Shown: positions 8,309 through 17,730 of the stretch, one piece after another
How the letters are laid out: each line of letters starts with the position of its first letter
How positions within the stretch are numbered: position 1 is the first letter of the stretch
IMG/VR virus record: IMGVR_UViG_3300044580_000187
Location: 1-34,987 of that record
Length of the DNA stretch: 34,987 nucleotides
Source: a virus
Lineage: Duplodnaviria; Caudoviricetes
Reading direction: 5' to 3' (one strand)
Notes under the pieces: generated by a model
Told to the model about the DNA's origin: nothing
The model's input: the letters and a program-made list of their open reading frames with translations, nothing else
The model's database searches: none
Made by a program: the position numbers and the translations under genes

Positions 8309-8542
8309 TTAGCCCCCGAGTAATTTTATTAATCCCCACGCTCCGCCAGATATAACCCCGCTGCCGGCCAGCAACGCAATAAGTCCGATGACAAGCCGCT
8401 TTAGGCTGTAGTGGTCTTTTGATAGTTGCTCGTGTCGTTCACAAAGTCCAAGGTAGCCGTTGTAGCCTTTCAGGACAGTCATTATTTCAGCGACATTTTT
8501 ATCGATACGATCAATTTTTTGAGCTGGGGTTTCAGTTGCCAT
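8309..8542 (-). CDS. holin-like membrane protein (coiled coil + C-terminal TM)
   Basis: KIDRIDKNVAEI coiled coil; LVIGLIALLAGSGVISGGAWGLI TM. Confidence 0.7.
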   Translation of the reverse strand: MATETPAQKIDRIDKNVAEIMTVLKGYNGYLGLCERHEQLSKDHYSLKRLVIGLIALLAGSGVISGGAWGLIKLLGG

Positions 8543-8558
8543 ATAGCACTCCTAGGAA

Positions 8559-9344
8559 TCAATTTTCTCTTAAGCTGACGGCCATAAAGCTTGCATCTAA
8601 GCATCCATCAGGAACAGGATTATCACTGAACGCATTGGCAGGATCTACACCTGATTTCGAAACACCTACATATCGTGGAGTTGCAGCAAGTGAAGTGTCA
8701 GTCATAAATCCCGATACAGGAGCTCTGAATGGCTTACTCATATCCACCGCATAGACCTTGACCGTAGCTCCACTGCACGTGTATCCCACCCAATAATAAC
8801 CTGGCTCGAGTACTTGATTGATAGTAACCTCCCTGAATGAGTTAACGTCAGCCATGACTGTCCCAGCGTCTAAGATCAAAGTCCCTGGGAGTCCATTACT
8901 CCAGTTCCATATTCCAAGTCTTATAGTTCCTCCAGCAGCTTGTGTGACATATACACCGATTCTGATTGCAGTCATTTGCTCAGCGACAAATATAGGATAC
9001 AATGCTAAAACTGATGCTCCGGGGGCAGCAGCAACGTATCCATGTGCATACCATCCTGGCCGGACATAGCGTGTGCCAGGATATTTAATAGTCCGTGGAT
9101 AATCCGGCAGTTCCCAGTACGGATCATTTGCTCCCTGCTTAAGCAACATCTTAGCGCTACCTTTGGCTAGGCGCTCCCAGTCGCTAGCTCCTCGAAATGG
9201 TATATCCCCTCTGGTGGTTAATAGTCCCTTATGAGCAGCCAGATCAGCCGCAGCTTCACTATACTGAGTCCCTAATTTATTTAGTTCTGCAGCGCTTATT
9301 CCCGGAGCTGCGCCATTATTAAATGTTGTTGGAGTATATGACAT
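8559..9344 (-). CDS. tail fibre / receptor-binding protein
   Basis: Last tail gene; anchor YTPTTF..G...ISAAELN; LLTTRGDI...RLAKG...L...PYW repeat; beta-rich C-terminus. Confidence 0.7.
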   Translation of the reverse strand: MSYTPTTFNNGAAPGISAAELNKLGTQYSEAAADLAAHKGLLTTRGDIPFRGASDWERLAKGSAKMLLKQGANDPYWELPDYPRTIKYPGTRYVRPGWYAHGYVAAAPGASVLALYPIFVAEQMTAIRIGVYVTQAAGGTIRLGIWNWSNGLPGTLILDAGTVMADVNSFREVTINQVLEPGYYWVGYTCSGATVKVYAVDMSKPFRAPVSGFMTDTSLAATPRYVGVSKSGVDPANAFSDNPVPDGCLDASFMAVSLREN

Positions 9345-9833
9345 CTAAGTTACCTCCGAGATACTATCAGTTCTTTCAATTTGTAATGATTCGAGATTAG
9401 TTTTAGCACGGTTATACAGTACGCGGGCGACCAGTATACCGCTATTTGGAGATGAGGTGGCGGATTCTCCGGCAAACCAACCCAACTCTTCGATTGTATA
9501 TTCAGTCGCTTCTGCCGGTGCAACGTAAACTACAGTATCAAGCTCTCCATCTCCACCATTTGTTTGTGATGTTATCTGTTTACGTCCAAACTCAGCGCCA
9601 AGAGTAGTCTGACTGGTCGAGTTAGCGGCGTTTGAGCTTCCCCAGGCAATGTACTTAATTTCGAGGTCAGTCACAACGCCCTTAAGAGCGTCTCTGATGG
9701 CATTAAGCCAGCAGGTTTTAATCTCGTTTCTTAGATTGATAGACTCTTTTGTGCCGTTTGGGTAAAATACTGTGATTCTTATATTTTCAGACAGTCCTGT
9801 TTTGTGGGTTGTTTTCATGTTCGCTCCTAACAA
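9345..9833 (-). CDS. minor tail / fibre attachment protein
   Basis: IKYIAWGS...QTTLGAEFGRK...TIEELGWF...GILVAR pattern of tail-collar-fibre-like domains. Confidence 0.7.
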   Translation of the reverse strand: MLGANMKTTHKTGLSENIRITVFYPNGTKESINLRNEIKTCWLNAIRDALKGVVTDLEIKYIAWGSSNAANSTSQTTLGAEFGRKQITSQTNGGDGELDTVVYVAPAEATEYTIEELGWFAGESATSSPNSGILVARVLYNRAKTNLESLQIERTDSISEVT

Positions 9834-11245
9834 GGATAGAGTGTAGATGATGGATATAGAGATGATGACGGTATCGGGCAGGCAAATACATCTACATTAA
9901 CCGATTCCTGCCAGCCAGTTGTCTCGGAAAGCGATTCCAAAATGATAAGATTTGCTTCCTCTCCAAGATTAATTTTATCGATGATTATCCGTTTATCAGA
10001 CATTTTCTTGAAAAACTGAGTCCAGTCTCCGACATCAGGTCCTTCCACAGATTCGACTGTATATCTTAATATTCCGTCTATTTCTTCAATATCGACATTT
10101 GTGATAAGCATTTCAGTGTCAAGACTGAATCGAGGGTAATCAACCGGTAAGATTTGGCCTGGAAGTAAGCCTGGGCGTTCTGTGGAGAATATGAATTTGT
10201 TAGCGTCTTTGGCATATTGTTCCAGTCTGGCAGCGGCTGTCTGGAAAGCGGCATCTCGGCTCAGTGTATCTTGTTGGTCTTCAAGGTCGTCCACATATCC
10301 TGTCCCACTACCTCCCTCTATTAGCTTACGGCGAAAAATCTCAGCGTCATCTTTGGATAGTGTTATTAGATTCCATTCACCTTGATAGGTCACTGCAATT
10401 ACTGCATCAGGGTCAGGCACATAGGCAAAATACAATACAGGATCACCTTTAGACCAATATACATCTGAGTCCTCGTCGACACCTTTAATCCCAACTTCTT
10501 GAGCAACAGAGTCGACAGTAATTATCGGAGTTGCGGATATAGGATATCCAACAGAGAAAGTTTGCGATATGCCATCAGCGATAAAGTTCTCGGTCTGAGT
10601 AGTCGTTATGGCTTTAACACCACGGATGTACTGCCGGTTACGATAATCCGGATTACCCCTTTTTATACGAGGCTTAGGATCGTCCAGTATATCAGTGCTC
10701 CCTGGGGATATAGACCAGGGAGCTGAATTAGTTGCACGGTCTATGAAGTAAAAAGCTTTGGTATCATCAATGTCCCACCAAAAGAGTGATAGTTCAGCGA
10801 GTGCATCAAAGGCGTCCGAGAGTCTGACATAGTTCATGATAGACTGTTCTATAGTCGGGCCGGATTGAATAGCACCTATGCTGACACCTTCAGCTGCCAG
10901 GTATTTATCATAGAGGTCATCAGCGATATATCCGGCAGTCTGGCTAAGATATGACTGTGCTGCTCGCCGTTTCTCAGCCAGATAATGCCAGTCTTTACAC
11001 GTGATAATATGCAACAAGCCGCCCGATTTAAACAGATATTCCGATTCTGAACCATCGATAACACCAGAGAAAACTGTATTTGCGTCGTTATCCTCTATTT
11101 CTACTATCTGGCCATCAATATATAATTCACTTCCAGCGATATCTATAACATTGAATGAAGCAGTCTTACGACCTGTAAGCGGTTTATGGATATGCAAACT
11201 GCCGGCCTCTATTGTCACTGTATAGCTGTTGATTTTAACTATCAT
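9827..11245 (-). CDS. tail tip / hub (Tal-like) protein
   Basis: Follows the tape measure; VFSGVID, CKDWHYLAEKR, LAELS.F.W.ID, GL.PGQ hub-like motifs. Confidence 0.75.
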   Translation of the reverse strand: MIVKINSYTVTIEAGSLHIHKPLTGRKTASFNVIDIAGSELYIDGQIVEIEDNDANTVFSGVIDGSESEYLFKSGGLLHIITCKDWHYLAEKRRAAQSYLSQTAGYIADDLYDKYLAAEGVSIGAIQSGPTIEQSIMNYVRLSDAFDALAELSLFWWDIDDTKAFYFIDRATNSAPWSISPGSTDILDDPKPRIKRGNPDYRNRQYIRGVKAITTTQTENFIADGISQTFSVGYPISATPIITVDSVAQEVGIKGVDEDSDVYWSKGDPVLYFAYVPDPDAVIAVTYQGEWNLITLSKDDAEIFRRKLIEGGSGTGYVDDLEDQQDTLSRDAAFQTAAARLEQYAKDANKFIFSTERPGLLPGQILPVDYPRFSLDTEMLITNVDIEEIDGILRYTVESVEGPDVGDWTQFFKKMSDKRIIIDKINLGEEANLIILESLSETTGWQESVNVDVFACPIPSSSLYPSSTLYPC

Positions 11246-14200
11246 CCGACTTTCACCCCGGCAGCACGTAATGCATCAACGATTTGACGGCCGGTAGCAT
11301 TAATATCTTGTCTCTCGCGTATGATTGGGTTAACCAGAGTGATATTGATACTTTGTCCGTTGCCCGGTACGACTCGCTCCGGACCCGCTTCTCCGGCCAG
11401 AGCATATATCGATTTGGAGTTCATTCCATACAGCAAAGTCGGCTCAAGGATATCGCCTCCGTCAGCGTACTTTTTAGCGCCACTGGCCATGTCGAAAGCC
11501 TGATCCCAGAGCCAACTATTATCAGTTTGGCTGCTAGTGTTATCTGTAGGTGTATATATACCGGTAGTGGAGACTGACACCTGGGCCATGCTCAATTGTG
11601 CCATAATTTGGTTATAGGCACTGACAAAGTTCTGCGCAGAGGCCAGTTCATCATCAAACTTGCTTTTCATGGCTGTCTTTTCTGTTTCATAGGCAGCCAG
11701 GGTATTGGTCAACTCTTCATCTAAAGCGTCTATACGAGCCTGCTGGTTATTCAGGTAGATATCGTGATAGGTATTTTCCAGTTCAACCTTAGTGTTATAG
11801 CTGTCTTCAGCGGCCGCTTTCTCGGCATCGGCCTGAGACTCCGCCTCATCTATCTGATCTTCAACACTGCTCCTCTTGGCGTTCAGTTCATCGATTTGCC
11901 GCTGTTCTTCAAGTTCAAGCAGATACCTGTCCAGTTCTTCCTGAGCCAGCGCCCTCTTGCGGTCATTGGAGGCATTAGCGACCTCTTTCTCCAGCGCCAG
12001 TTTCTGTTCTTCCTGCCATGTTTCGTCGCCGGACTCAATGACCAACTCTCCCAGCTCTCGTTGCAACTCCATCCGGGCTTCAGTGTTCTTTTCAGCGGCA
12101 ATTTGACTAAGCAGGTCGTCACGCTTTTCAGCATCGTCTCTGTGCTGTCTGGCAGCACCTATAGCTGCCAGTTGTGCATCGATTGCCGATAATTCCTCAT
12201 TGTAGGCAGATACTCGCCTGGCTAACTCTTTATCGATCAAGTCAACAGCAGTATCATAGGCATTTTTAAGTAAGGATAGCTTTTCAGTATGAGCTTCTTT
12301 GGCGGCATCTACATCCGCTTCTATGGATTTGATTTCAAGGTCGTGATAATCTTGAGCGGCAGTGGACATATCATCATACAGACTCTCGACCGCATCAGCG
12401 ATATCATCTGCATTCTTAATTGTGAAATCAGCCACATCCTTGAAATCCACTCCCAACTGCTTTATGACCGCAGTAACATCACCACCCCATTTATCATAGA
12501 GGTCTGTTATTTGCTCAACCTGGTAACCATGGGCCAGCAGGTACTGCGTAAGGTCGTCTTGCGTGACACCAAAATAGCCGGCCTTACTCGTGGCATACTC
12601 ATAGGCCTCGGCTACTTCTAAGACCTTATCTTTAAACTCACTTACGGTATCAGTGAAATCATCAATCTGCTCTTTATTATCAGTGACAGCGGTTGTATTC
12701 TTGTCTAATATTTCGGTTGATTCATCGACCGCCTCGGACGCGTCCTTAACCGCCTGGCGTTGAGCTTTAGACGCCTGAGAGCTTTCAATGAGATTATCAG
12801 CCCAATCGGATATTTCTCCCCTCGCATTTTTAATTTTCTCTGAAAACGCCTCGATGGAAGCTCCAGCCTCTTTATTAAAGAGACTGACAACCTTTCCTAT
12901 TCCCTGAATTAAAAACCCAAATATTTTAGAGTAATATTCGATGAAAGGCAGAAGCACCGTGTTAACTATAAATTTGACCGCTGAGGCAAAAACGATTTTA
13001 AGATTATCCCAGAGGTTAACAAAGAATACCGAGACTTTATCCCAATTACGCCATAGAGCAACGCCGGCTGCTACCAGAGCTGTAATGAGTAAAATAATTG
13101 CTCCAATGGGATTAGCAGCCATTGCTGTATTCAAGCCATATTGAGCGGCGGTAGCAACGAACATAGCGACTTTCAATGCCCCGAGTGCGACTGTATGAGC
13201 TACAACAGCAACTGTATGCAGTATCCATTGACCAGTGCCAGTAGATATGAGTAACAGCAAAGGACCTAAAACAGCAGATAAACCACCTATAGCAGCGATT
13301 GTGATAACGATATATTTAGACAATGTAGGATGTTTGTCTATCCACTCAGCAAACTTTGATATAACCGGTTTTACTGCATCTACTAAATTGGTTAAAATCG
13401 GGATTAATTTATCGCCAATCGTAATTAAAAGCCCTTGGACTGATTCTTTCAGTGACGTAAATTTTCTTGAGGCAGAATTATTAACGGTATTAAAAGCATC
13501 TATAGCAGCTCCGGCCCCCTCAGTCGCTCTTGCCATATCATCCAAGTCTTTTGCGGCTGCAGTTGCATTATCTCCAGTCACCCCAAGTAATGCATTAAGA
13601 CCTTCCACGCGGCCAAATGCCTCTGACAATACGGTATTGTTATCGTTGGCAGCTTCTTTTAACAACTCCATTGAGCCGGCGAAGCCCTTGGCTTGAAGCA
13701 TCGCCTGTCCAGAAGAATACCCGGCTTTATCTAATAGTTTTGTCATTTCTGCTGACGGGCTGACCAGTGCAACCATGGCCGCCCTGATTTGAGTCATGGC
13801 TTGTGCAGTTGGAACACCCTGCTTTGTCAGAGTTGCAATCGTAGCCAAGACGTCATCTATAGACACGCCCATTGAGGCAGCCATCGGCGCAACTATCGAC
13901 ATCGAAGCTGACAGTTCCTCGAAAGTGGTCTTACCGTTTTTAACCGCGGTGAACATTTTATCAGCCACATTTTTAGTGTCTGAAAGTGGTAATTTAAAAG
14001 CATTAATAACAGTGCTAAGGCCATCAACAGCTGTTGTGGTATCAGTAACACCGGCTATTGCAGCTTTGGACGCAATAGCAAGAAAATCGATGGCATTTTC
14101 TTTCGGTATTCCAGCTGAGATAATTTGATACAGTGCTTTTGCAGAATCTACTGCATTGACGCCTATATCGTCTGACACTTTCAGTACCTGCTGCGAGAAA

Positions 14201-14451
14201 ATCTCGAACTCCTCCTGCCCCAGTTGCATCATGGAGTTAACCTCGGACATAGCAGCTGAGAAATTAGCGGCAGACTTAACGGATAGGCCCATCACACCGG
14301 TTATAGCTGCACCAAAACCAGTTAGAACAGTTCCCAGTGACCGTAAGGTTTTCTCGTTCTTTTTAACGTATCCTTCCAGACCCTCCAGCTTTTTACTGGC
14401 ATCGTCAATTCCATCAATTGCTATTTTTCCAATTAATGTAAATAAGTTCAT
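11242..14451 (-). CDS. tape measure protein (TP901-family core)
   Basis: 1069 aa; AKALYQIISAG, GKTTFEELS, ANPIGAII, hydrophobic helices, coiled coil, YADGG...AGEAGPERVVP. Confidence 0.96.
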   Translation of the reverse strand: MNLFTLIGKIAIDGIDDASKKLEGLEGYVKKNEKTLRSLGTVLTGFGAAITGVMGLSVKSAANFSAAMSEVNSMMQLGQEEFEIFSQQVLKVSDDIGVNAVDSAKALYQIISAGIPKENAIDFLAIASKAAIAGVTDTTTAVDGLSTVINAFKLPLSDTKNVADKMFTAVKNGKTTFEELSASMSIVAPMAASMGVSIDDVLATIATLTKQGVPTAQAMTQIRAAMVALVSPSAEMTKLLDKAGYSSGQAMLQAKGFAGSMELLKEAANDNNTVLSEAFGRVEGLNALLGVTGDNATAAAKDLDDMARATEGAGAAIDAFNTVNNSASRKFTSLKESVQGLLITIGDKLIPILTNLVDAVKPVISKFAEWIDKHPTLSKYIVITIAAIGGLSAVLGPLLLLISTGTGQWILHTVAVVAHTVALGALKVAMFVATAAQYGLNTAMAANPIGAIILLITALVAAGVALWRNWDKVSVFFVNLWDNLKIVFASAVKFIVNTVLLPFIEYYSKIFGFLIQGIGKVVSLFNKEAGASIEAFSEKIKNARGEISDWADNLIESSQASKAQRQAVKDASEAVDESTEILDKNTTAVTDNKEQIDDFTDTVSEFKDKVLEVAEAYEYATSKAGYFGVTQDDLTQYLLAHGYQVEQITDLYDKWGGDVTAVIKQLGVDFKDVADFTIKNADDIADAVESLYDDMSTAAQDYHDLEIKSIEADVDAAKEAHTEKLSLLKNAYDTAVDLIDKELARRVSAYNEELSAIDAQLAAIGAARQHRDDAEKRDDLLSQIAAEKNTEARMELQRELGELVIESGDETWQEEQKLALEKEVANASNDRKRALAQEELDRYLLELEEQRQIDELNAKRSSVEDQIDEAESQADAEKAAAEDSYNTKVELENTYHDIYLNNQQARIDALDEELTNTLAAYETEKTAMKSKFDDELASAQNFVSAYNQIMAQLSMAQVSVSTTGIYTPTDNTSSQTDNSWLWDQAFDMASGAKKYADGGDILEPTLLYGMNSKSIYALAGEAGPERVVPGNGQSINITLVNPIIRERQDINATGRQIVDALRAAGVKVG

Positions 14452-14810
14452 TTTTTGTCCTTCAATTTAGCACGGGCCATTTCCAGAATAGCGTTAGCAT
14501 CAGCTATGATTTGCTCTTTGGTTTTGTGGTTTTGGAAAGTATCAGGGTTGTCATTTAAACCGATTGCATTGAGGTAATCGGGGAACGATTTATCGCCGCC
14601 GGCCCCCATAAGCCACCAGGTTAAAGCTTTTTCTTTGGATTCTTCTCTGGTGGCTTTTTCGATTATTCGCACTATTGAGATGTAACGGGAGAATTTGAGG
14701 GAGTAGACGATGTCGTCTGTCCATCCGTACCGGCGTTGGATTGCGTCGACGTTTTGCCAGAATCTTTCGGCGTAATCTTTGTAACTAAAAGTGATGCTCG
14801 TGATAAAAAA
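14448..14810 (-). CDS. tail assembly chaperone frameshift extension (gpGT-like C-terminal part)
   Basis: The -1 frame is open from the slippery site: FITSITFSYKDYAERFWQNVDAIQRRYGWTDDIVYSLKFSRY..., running into ORF 14448..14672. Confidence 0.8.
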   Translation of the reverse strand, partial: FFITSITFSYKDYAERFWQNVDAIQRRYGWTDDIVYSLKFSRYISIVRIIEKATREESKEKALTWWLMGAGGDKSFPDYLNAIGLNDNPDTFQNHKTKEQIIADANAILEMARAKLKDKK

Positions 14811-15115
14811 TCCTTGATTCCATCATTAACAATCAACTGATCAACAATATCCAGCAGGGCTGTAGGCGAGGCTTTATCCAGTTCTTCAATCTTCATTCCC
14901 GCCAGGTCAGCCAGCCAATCTTTGATATCGTCCTCTGCATCTGTAAAAAGCACCTGAAAAAGTGTCAATCCGAGGTTGGCCGGTGAGATATCCTTGCTCT
15001 TTCCACTGATGAGCATAAGCATTTCACCTCTGGCCCCTTTCGTTACTTTTCCAAGGATCTTAGCAACAGTGAAAATATCTTTAGTTGTTAAATCTCTAAT
15101 TTTAATTTCCGGCAC
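14672..15115 (-). CDS. tail assembly chaperone (gpG-like)
   Basis: Between the tube genes and the tape measure; contains the slippery heptamer. Confidence 0.85.
   Translation of the reverse strand: MPEIKIRDLTTKDIFTVAKILGKVTKGARGEMLMLISGKSKDISPANLGLTLFQVLFTDAEDDIKDWLADLAGMKIEELDKASPTALLDIVDQLIVNDGIKDFLSRASLLVTKITPKDSGKTSTQSNAGTDGQTTSSTPSNSPVTSQ
14804..14810 (-). other. programmed -1 ribosomal frameshift site T TTT TTA
   Basis: Minus strand gaT TTT TTA fits X XXY YYZ in the chaperone reading frame. Confidence 0.8.
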
Positions 15116-15153
15116 AATATACCTCCTAGAAGATGATTATTTTTCAAAAAATA

Positions 15154-15930
15154 TTAACTGGCGGGGTATTCAATAGACCAGGGTTCACTTGATAGACTTG
15201 CTGTAGTGTAATGACCGGTAAAGGTAATCTCTACAACAGCCTCGTCGTTGGGAGCGGTTTTGATATTTATACCGGCATCGCACAATGCGTTGGTGATTTT
15301 AACGATTACAGGATCTGTGCTGCCCGATATCGTCCCAACCAGGGCCACACTGGAAATGTAGGAGTCATTGCTGACTTCGTCTCCGGATATTACCGCGGAT
15401 GCTGATATATAGTCGTAAGTTGCAACAATGGCAGCTGATTCAGCGGGCGCTGTAACAAATTGCAGGGTGCCGGAATTATAGTCAACTGTGTAATCCGTTC
15501 CTCTTGTTTTTGCAGCACCGCCAACAGTAACACTCTCGGAATTTTCAACCACGTTGGCATGGTCTAAAGCAAATTCGGTTAGTACATCATTACCTGCCCC
15601 TACGGCTTCATCCGTGATTGTAGTGGTACCGGACGAGTAGACCGCACCGGCTAATGCCCTGCGCAGATTTTCGGCGGTAATTTCCAGCATGTTCACCTTA
15701 ATGGAAACCAATACCTCACTGAGCCTGCGGAAACCTTTGACTGGCCCTTTAGATCCGTCTGGACGAATGTCCCTGATGGTGCGTTTTATATCCACAGTAT
15801 TACCGCCGCTGGTAGCTCCCAGTAATGTCCCGGGAGCGTCAGCATTTATGAAACCGAAATAAACAGCTCCGGCATTAATTAAAAGCCGGTCTGCTGTATC
15901 GGTTGTTACTCCATGTTTTGCTACTGTCAT
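15154..15930 (-). CDS. tail tube protein paralog 2 with internal Ig-like insertion
   Basis: Shares N- and C-terminal blocks with 15960..16508; extra segment ITDEAVG...TRGTDYTVDYNSGTLQF...ATYDY. Confidence 0.8.
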   Translation of the reverse strand: MTVAKHGVTTDTADRLLINAGAVYFGFINADAPGTLLGATSGGNTVDIKRTIRDIRPDGSKGPVKGFRRLSEVLVSIKVNMLEITAENLRRALAGAVYSSGTTTITDEAVGAGNDVLTEFALDHANVVENSESVTVGGAAKTRGTDYTVDYNSGTLQFVTAPAESAAIVATYDYISASAVISGDEVSNDSYISSVALVGTISGSTDPVIVKITNALCDAGINIKTAPNDEAVVEITFTGHYTTASLSSEPWSIEYPAS

Positions 15931-15959
15931 GTCAATCCTCCTGGGTTAATTCGCTAAAG

Positions 15960-16508
15960 TTAGGCAGGATAAGTGATAGACCATGGTTCAGTGTCGAGGT
16001 CGGAATCAGAGTAATGAGCCTCAAAGGTTAACTCAATAGTGGTCTCATCATTGGGGCCGGTCTTTATTGATAAAGGAGATGTCACCAGCACGTTCGATAG
16101 CTCGAGAATAATAGGCTTGGCCGTCATATCGAATCCAGAGATGGTAGCTACCAGAGCGACCTTGCTGATATAATCTGAATCGTCAATTTCCGCACCAGTG
16201 ATGACGTGAGATACTGCAGCCGCACCAGGCAGAGCTAACAGCAAATTGGCTTCGGTGATTTCGAGCAAAGTAACCTTCAGCGTAGCAACAACATCTTCAA
16301 TTCGCCTGAAGCCTTTCACCGGCCCTTTCGCCCCGTCAGGCCTGACATCTCTGATGTTGCGTTTAACTTCAAATACTGCTCCACCCTTTGTCGCACCTAA
16401 CAACGTGCCGGGGGAAGCGACGCTCGTAAATCCGGTATAAATCGCACCTGCATCCAGCAGGAGCCGGTCGGGGGTGTTACTGGTTACACCATGTTTTGCA
16501 ACAGCCAT
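15960..16508 (-). CDS. tail tube (major tail) protein paralog 1
   Basis: Position after the tail terminator; LLGATKGG, GPVKGFRR, LTFEAHY...EPWSITYP. Confidence 0.85.
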   Translation of the reverse strand: MAVAKHGVTSNTPDRLLLDAGAIYTGFTSVASPGTLLGATKGGAVFEVKRNIRDVRPDGAKGPVKGFRRIEDVVATLKVTLLEITEANLLLALPGAAAVSHVITGAEIDDSDYISKVALVATISGFDMTAKPIILELSNVLVTSPLSIKTGPNDETTIELTFEAHYSDSDLDTEPWSITYPA

Positions 16509-16543
16509 GACAATATTCCTCCAATCAAAATATTTACTAAATT

Positions 16544-16564
16544 AAAAAACCCTCCGGAGAGGGC
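16544..16564 (-). terminator. short intrinsic terminator
   Basis: Minus strand ccctc-tccg-gaggg then tttttt. Confidence 0.55.
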
Positions 16565-16987
16565 TTAAACTGACTTGATTGTTATTTTCCACTGGCACAT
16601 GACCCGGAAATAAGATGGTATCTCCTCATCTTGCAGGTCTATTCCGTGTATTTCTTCCTGGGTATAAAATATCGAATATGTATTTGGGCTTATTGTTACA
16701 GTCTGCGTTTTTAATAGCTTCAAGCAATCGTACAAAGCTCTCCAAACCTGACGAGCTTCTATGGGCGAGTAAGACCAACAATCGAACTGGATGGAAGGAC
16801 TCAGTATATCCGGTACGCTGGCTTTGCCCAAACCACCTACGGTTTTGTAACTGATTGCTGGTAAGATATGTTTCTCCGGTAATCTGGGATTATAGATACG
16901 TGGAGTTAAAACCCCGATCAAACCGGTTAAAGCCGCCTGAGAGACCAGATAAGCTCTAATAATAGCGTTAGTATCTCCAATGGCCAT
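16565..16987 (-). CDS. tail terminator / completion protein (DUF3168-like)
   Basis: RIYNPRLP...LPAISY, IQFDCWS; synteny. Confidence 0.8.
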   Translation of the reverse strand: MAIGDTNAIIRAYLVSQAALTGLIGVLTPRIYNPRLPEKHILPAISYKTVGGLGKASVPDILSPSIQFDCWSYSPIEARQVWRALYDCLKLLKTQTVTISPNTYSIFYTQEEIHGIDLQDEEIPSYFRVMCQWKITIKSV

Positions 16988-17404
16988 TTATTCCCCCAAA
17001 TGTTCCTTATAAAGCTGTCCAACTTTTAGTTCGGTAAAGTTCTTTTCCATTGCAGGTCTTAAGTATGGTCTGGCTTCCATTTTTACAGTGCCAGTTTCCA
17101 GAAAGCCACCATAACCAGACGTAGGGTAGACTGCGCCCTCATTAAATTTTAGTTCGCCCACTTCGGATTCAACCTGAGATGCAGCGGCGTAATCATCATT
17201 GTTACCACGGTCTTCAAGATGTTTACCTTGTCCCATTCCCTCAACTTTATATGCTATAGAACGCCTATTGTTGCCAGTCTTCGCTGGACTGCCTATAATG
17301 GCATCCTGGGCTATATCTACAACCACATCACGTACGGTAAGATTAACCGCTTCCCGCATCTTCTCAGTGACTTCTTTAAAGTGTAGGTCTAATTTAATCT
17401 CCAT
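16988..17404 (-). CDS. HK97 gp10-like neck protein
   Basis: SPAKTGNNRRSI, YGGFLETGT.KM.ARPYLRPA. Confidence 0.88.
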   Translation of the reverse strand: MEIKLDLHFKEVTEKMREAVNLTVRDVVVDIAQDAIIGSPAKTGNNRRSIAYKVEGMGQGKHLEDRGNNDDYAAASQVESEVGELKFNEGAVYPTSGYGGFLETGTVKMEARPYLRPAMEKNFTELKVGQLYKEHLGE

Positions 17405-17730
17405 CAGGACACCTTCTGTAAGGCAAGTTCTAAATGATGAACCACCGTAGCATTACGAAATTGGACTAACAAGACCTCAAAAATATCTGAGCCTATAGTT
17501 ACTCTGTCTCGTTCAGTTATCGTGACACCAGCAGCAACATGGAGCGTCCAGTCGCTAATTACCACTTCAGCATCTTTCTTGATTTCACGCCCGCCGGATG
17601 GACTTAGGCGGCAAGGTAAGTCAGTATAAACATCAGCCCAGGTTTTAACCGGCTGTCCATAGTCGTCAACACTGCTCGATGTATAACGGCTGATATTGCA
17701 GGTATGTATTAAGAGCGACTCAAATGACAT
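17404..17730 (-). CDS. head closure / head-tail adaptor
   Basis: DDYGQP..TW, ITERDRV; synteny. Confidence 0.8.
   Translation of the reverse strand: MSFESLLIHTCNISRYTSSSVDDYGQPVKTWADVYTDLPCRLSPSGGREIKKDAEVVISDWTLHVAAGVTITERDRVTIGSDIFEVLLVQFRNATVVHHLELALQKVS

Noticed and set aside
8559-9344. Diversity-generating retroelement target (Mtd-like TTRGD repeat)
   Set aside because: No reverse transcriptase, and I found no TR/VR near-duplicate
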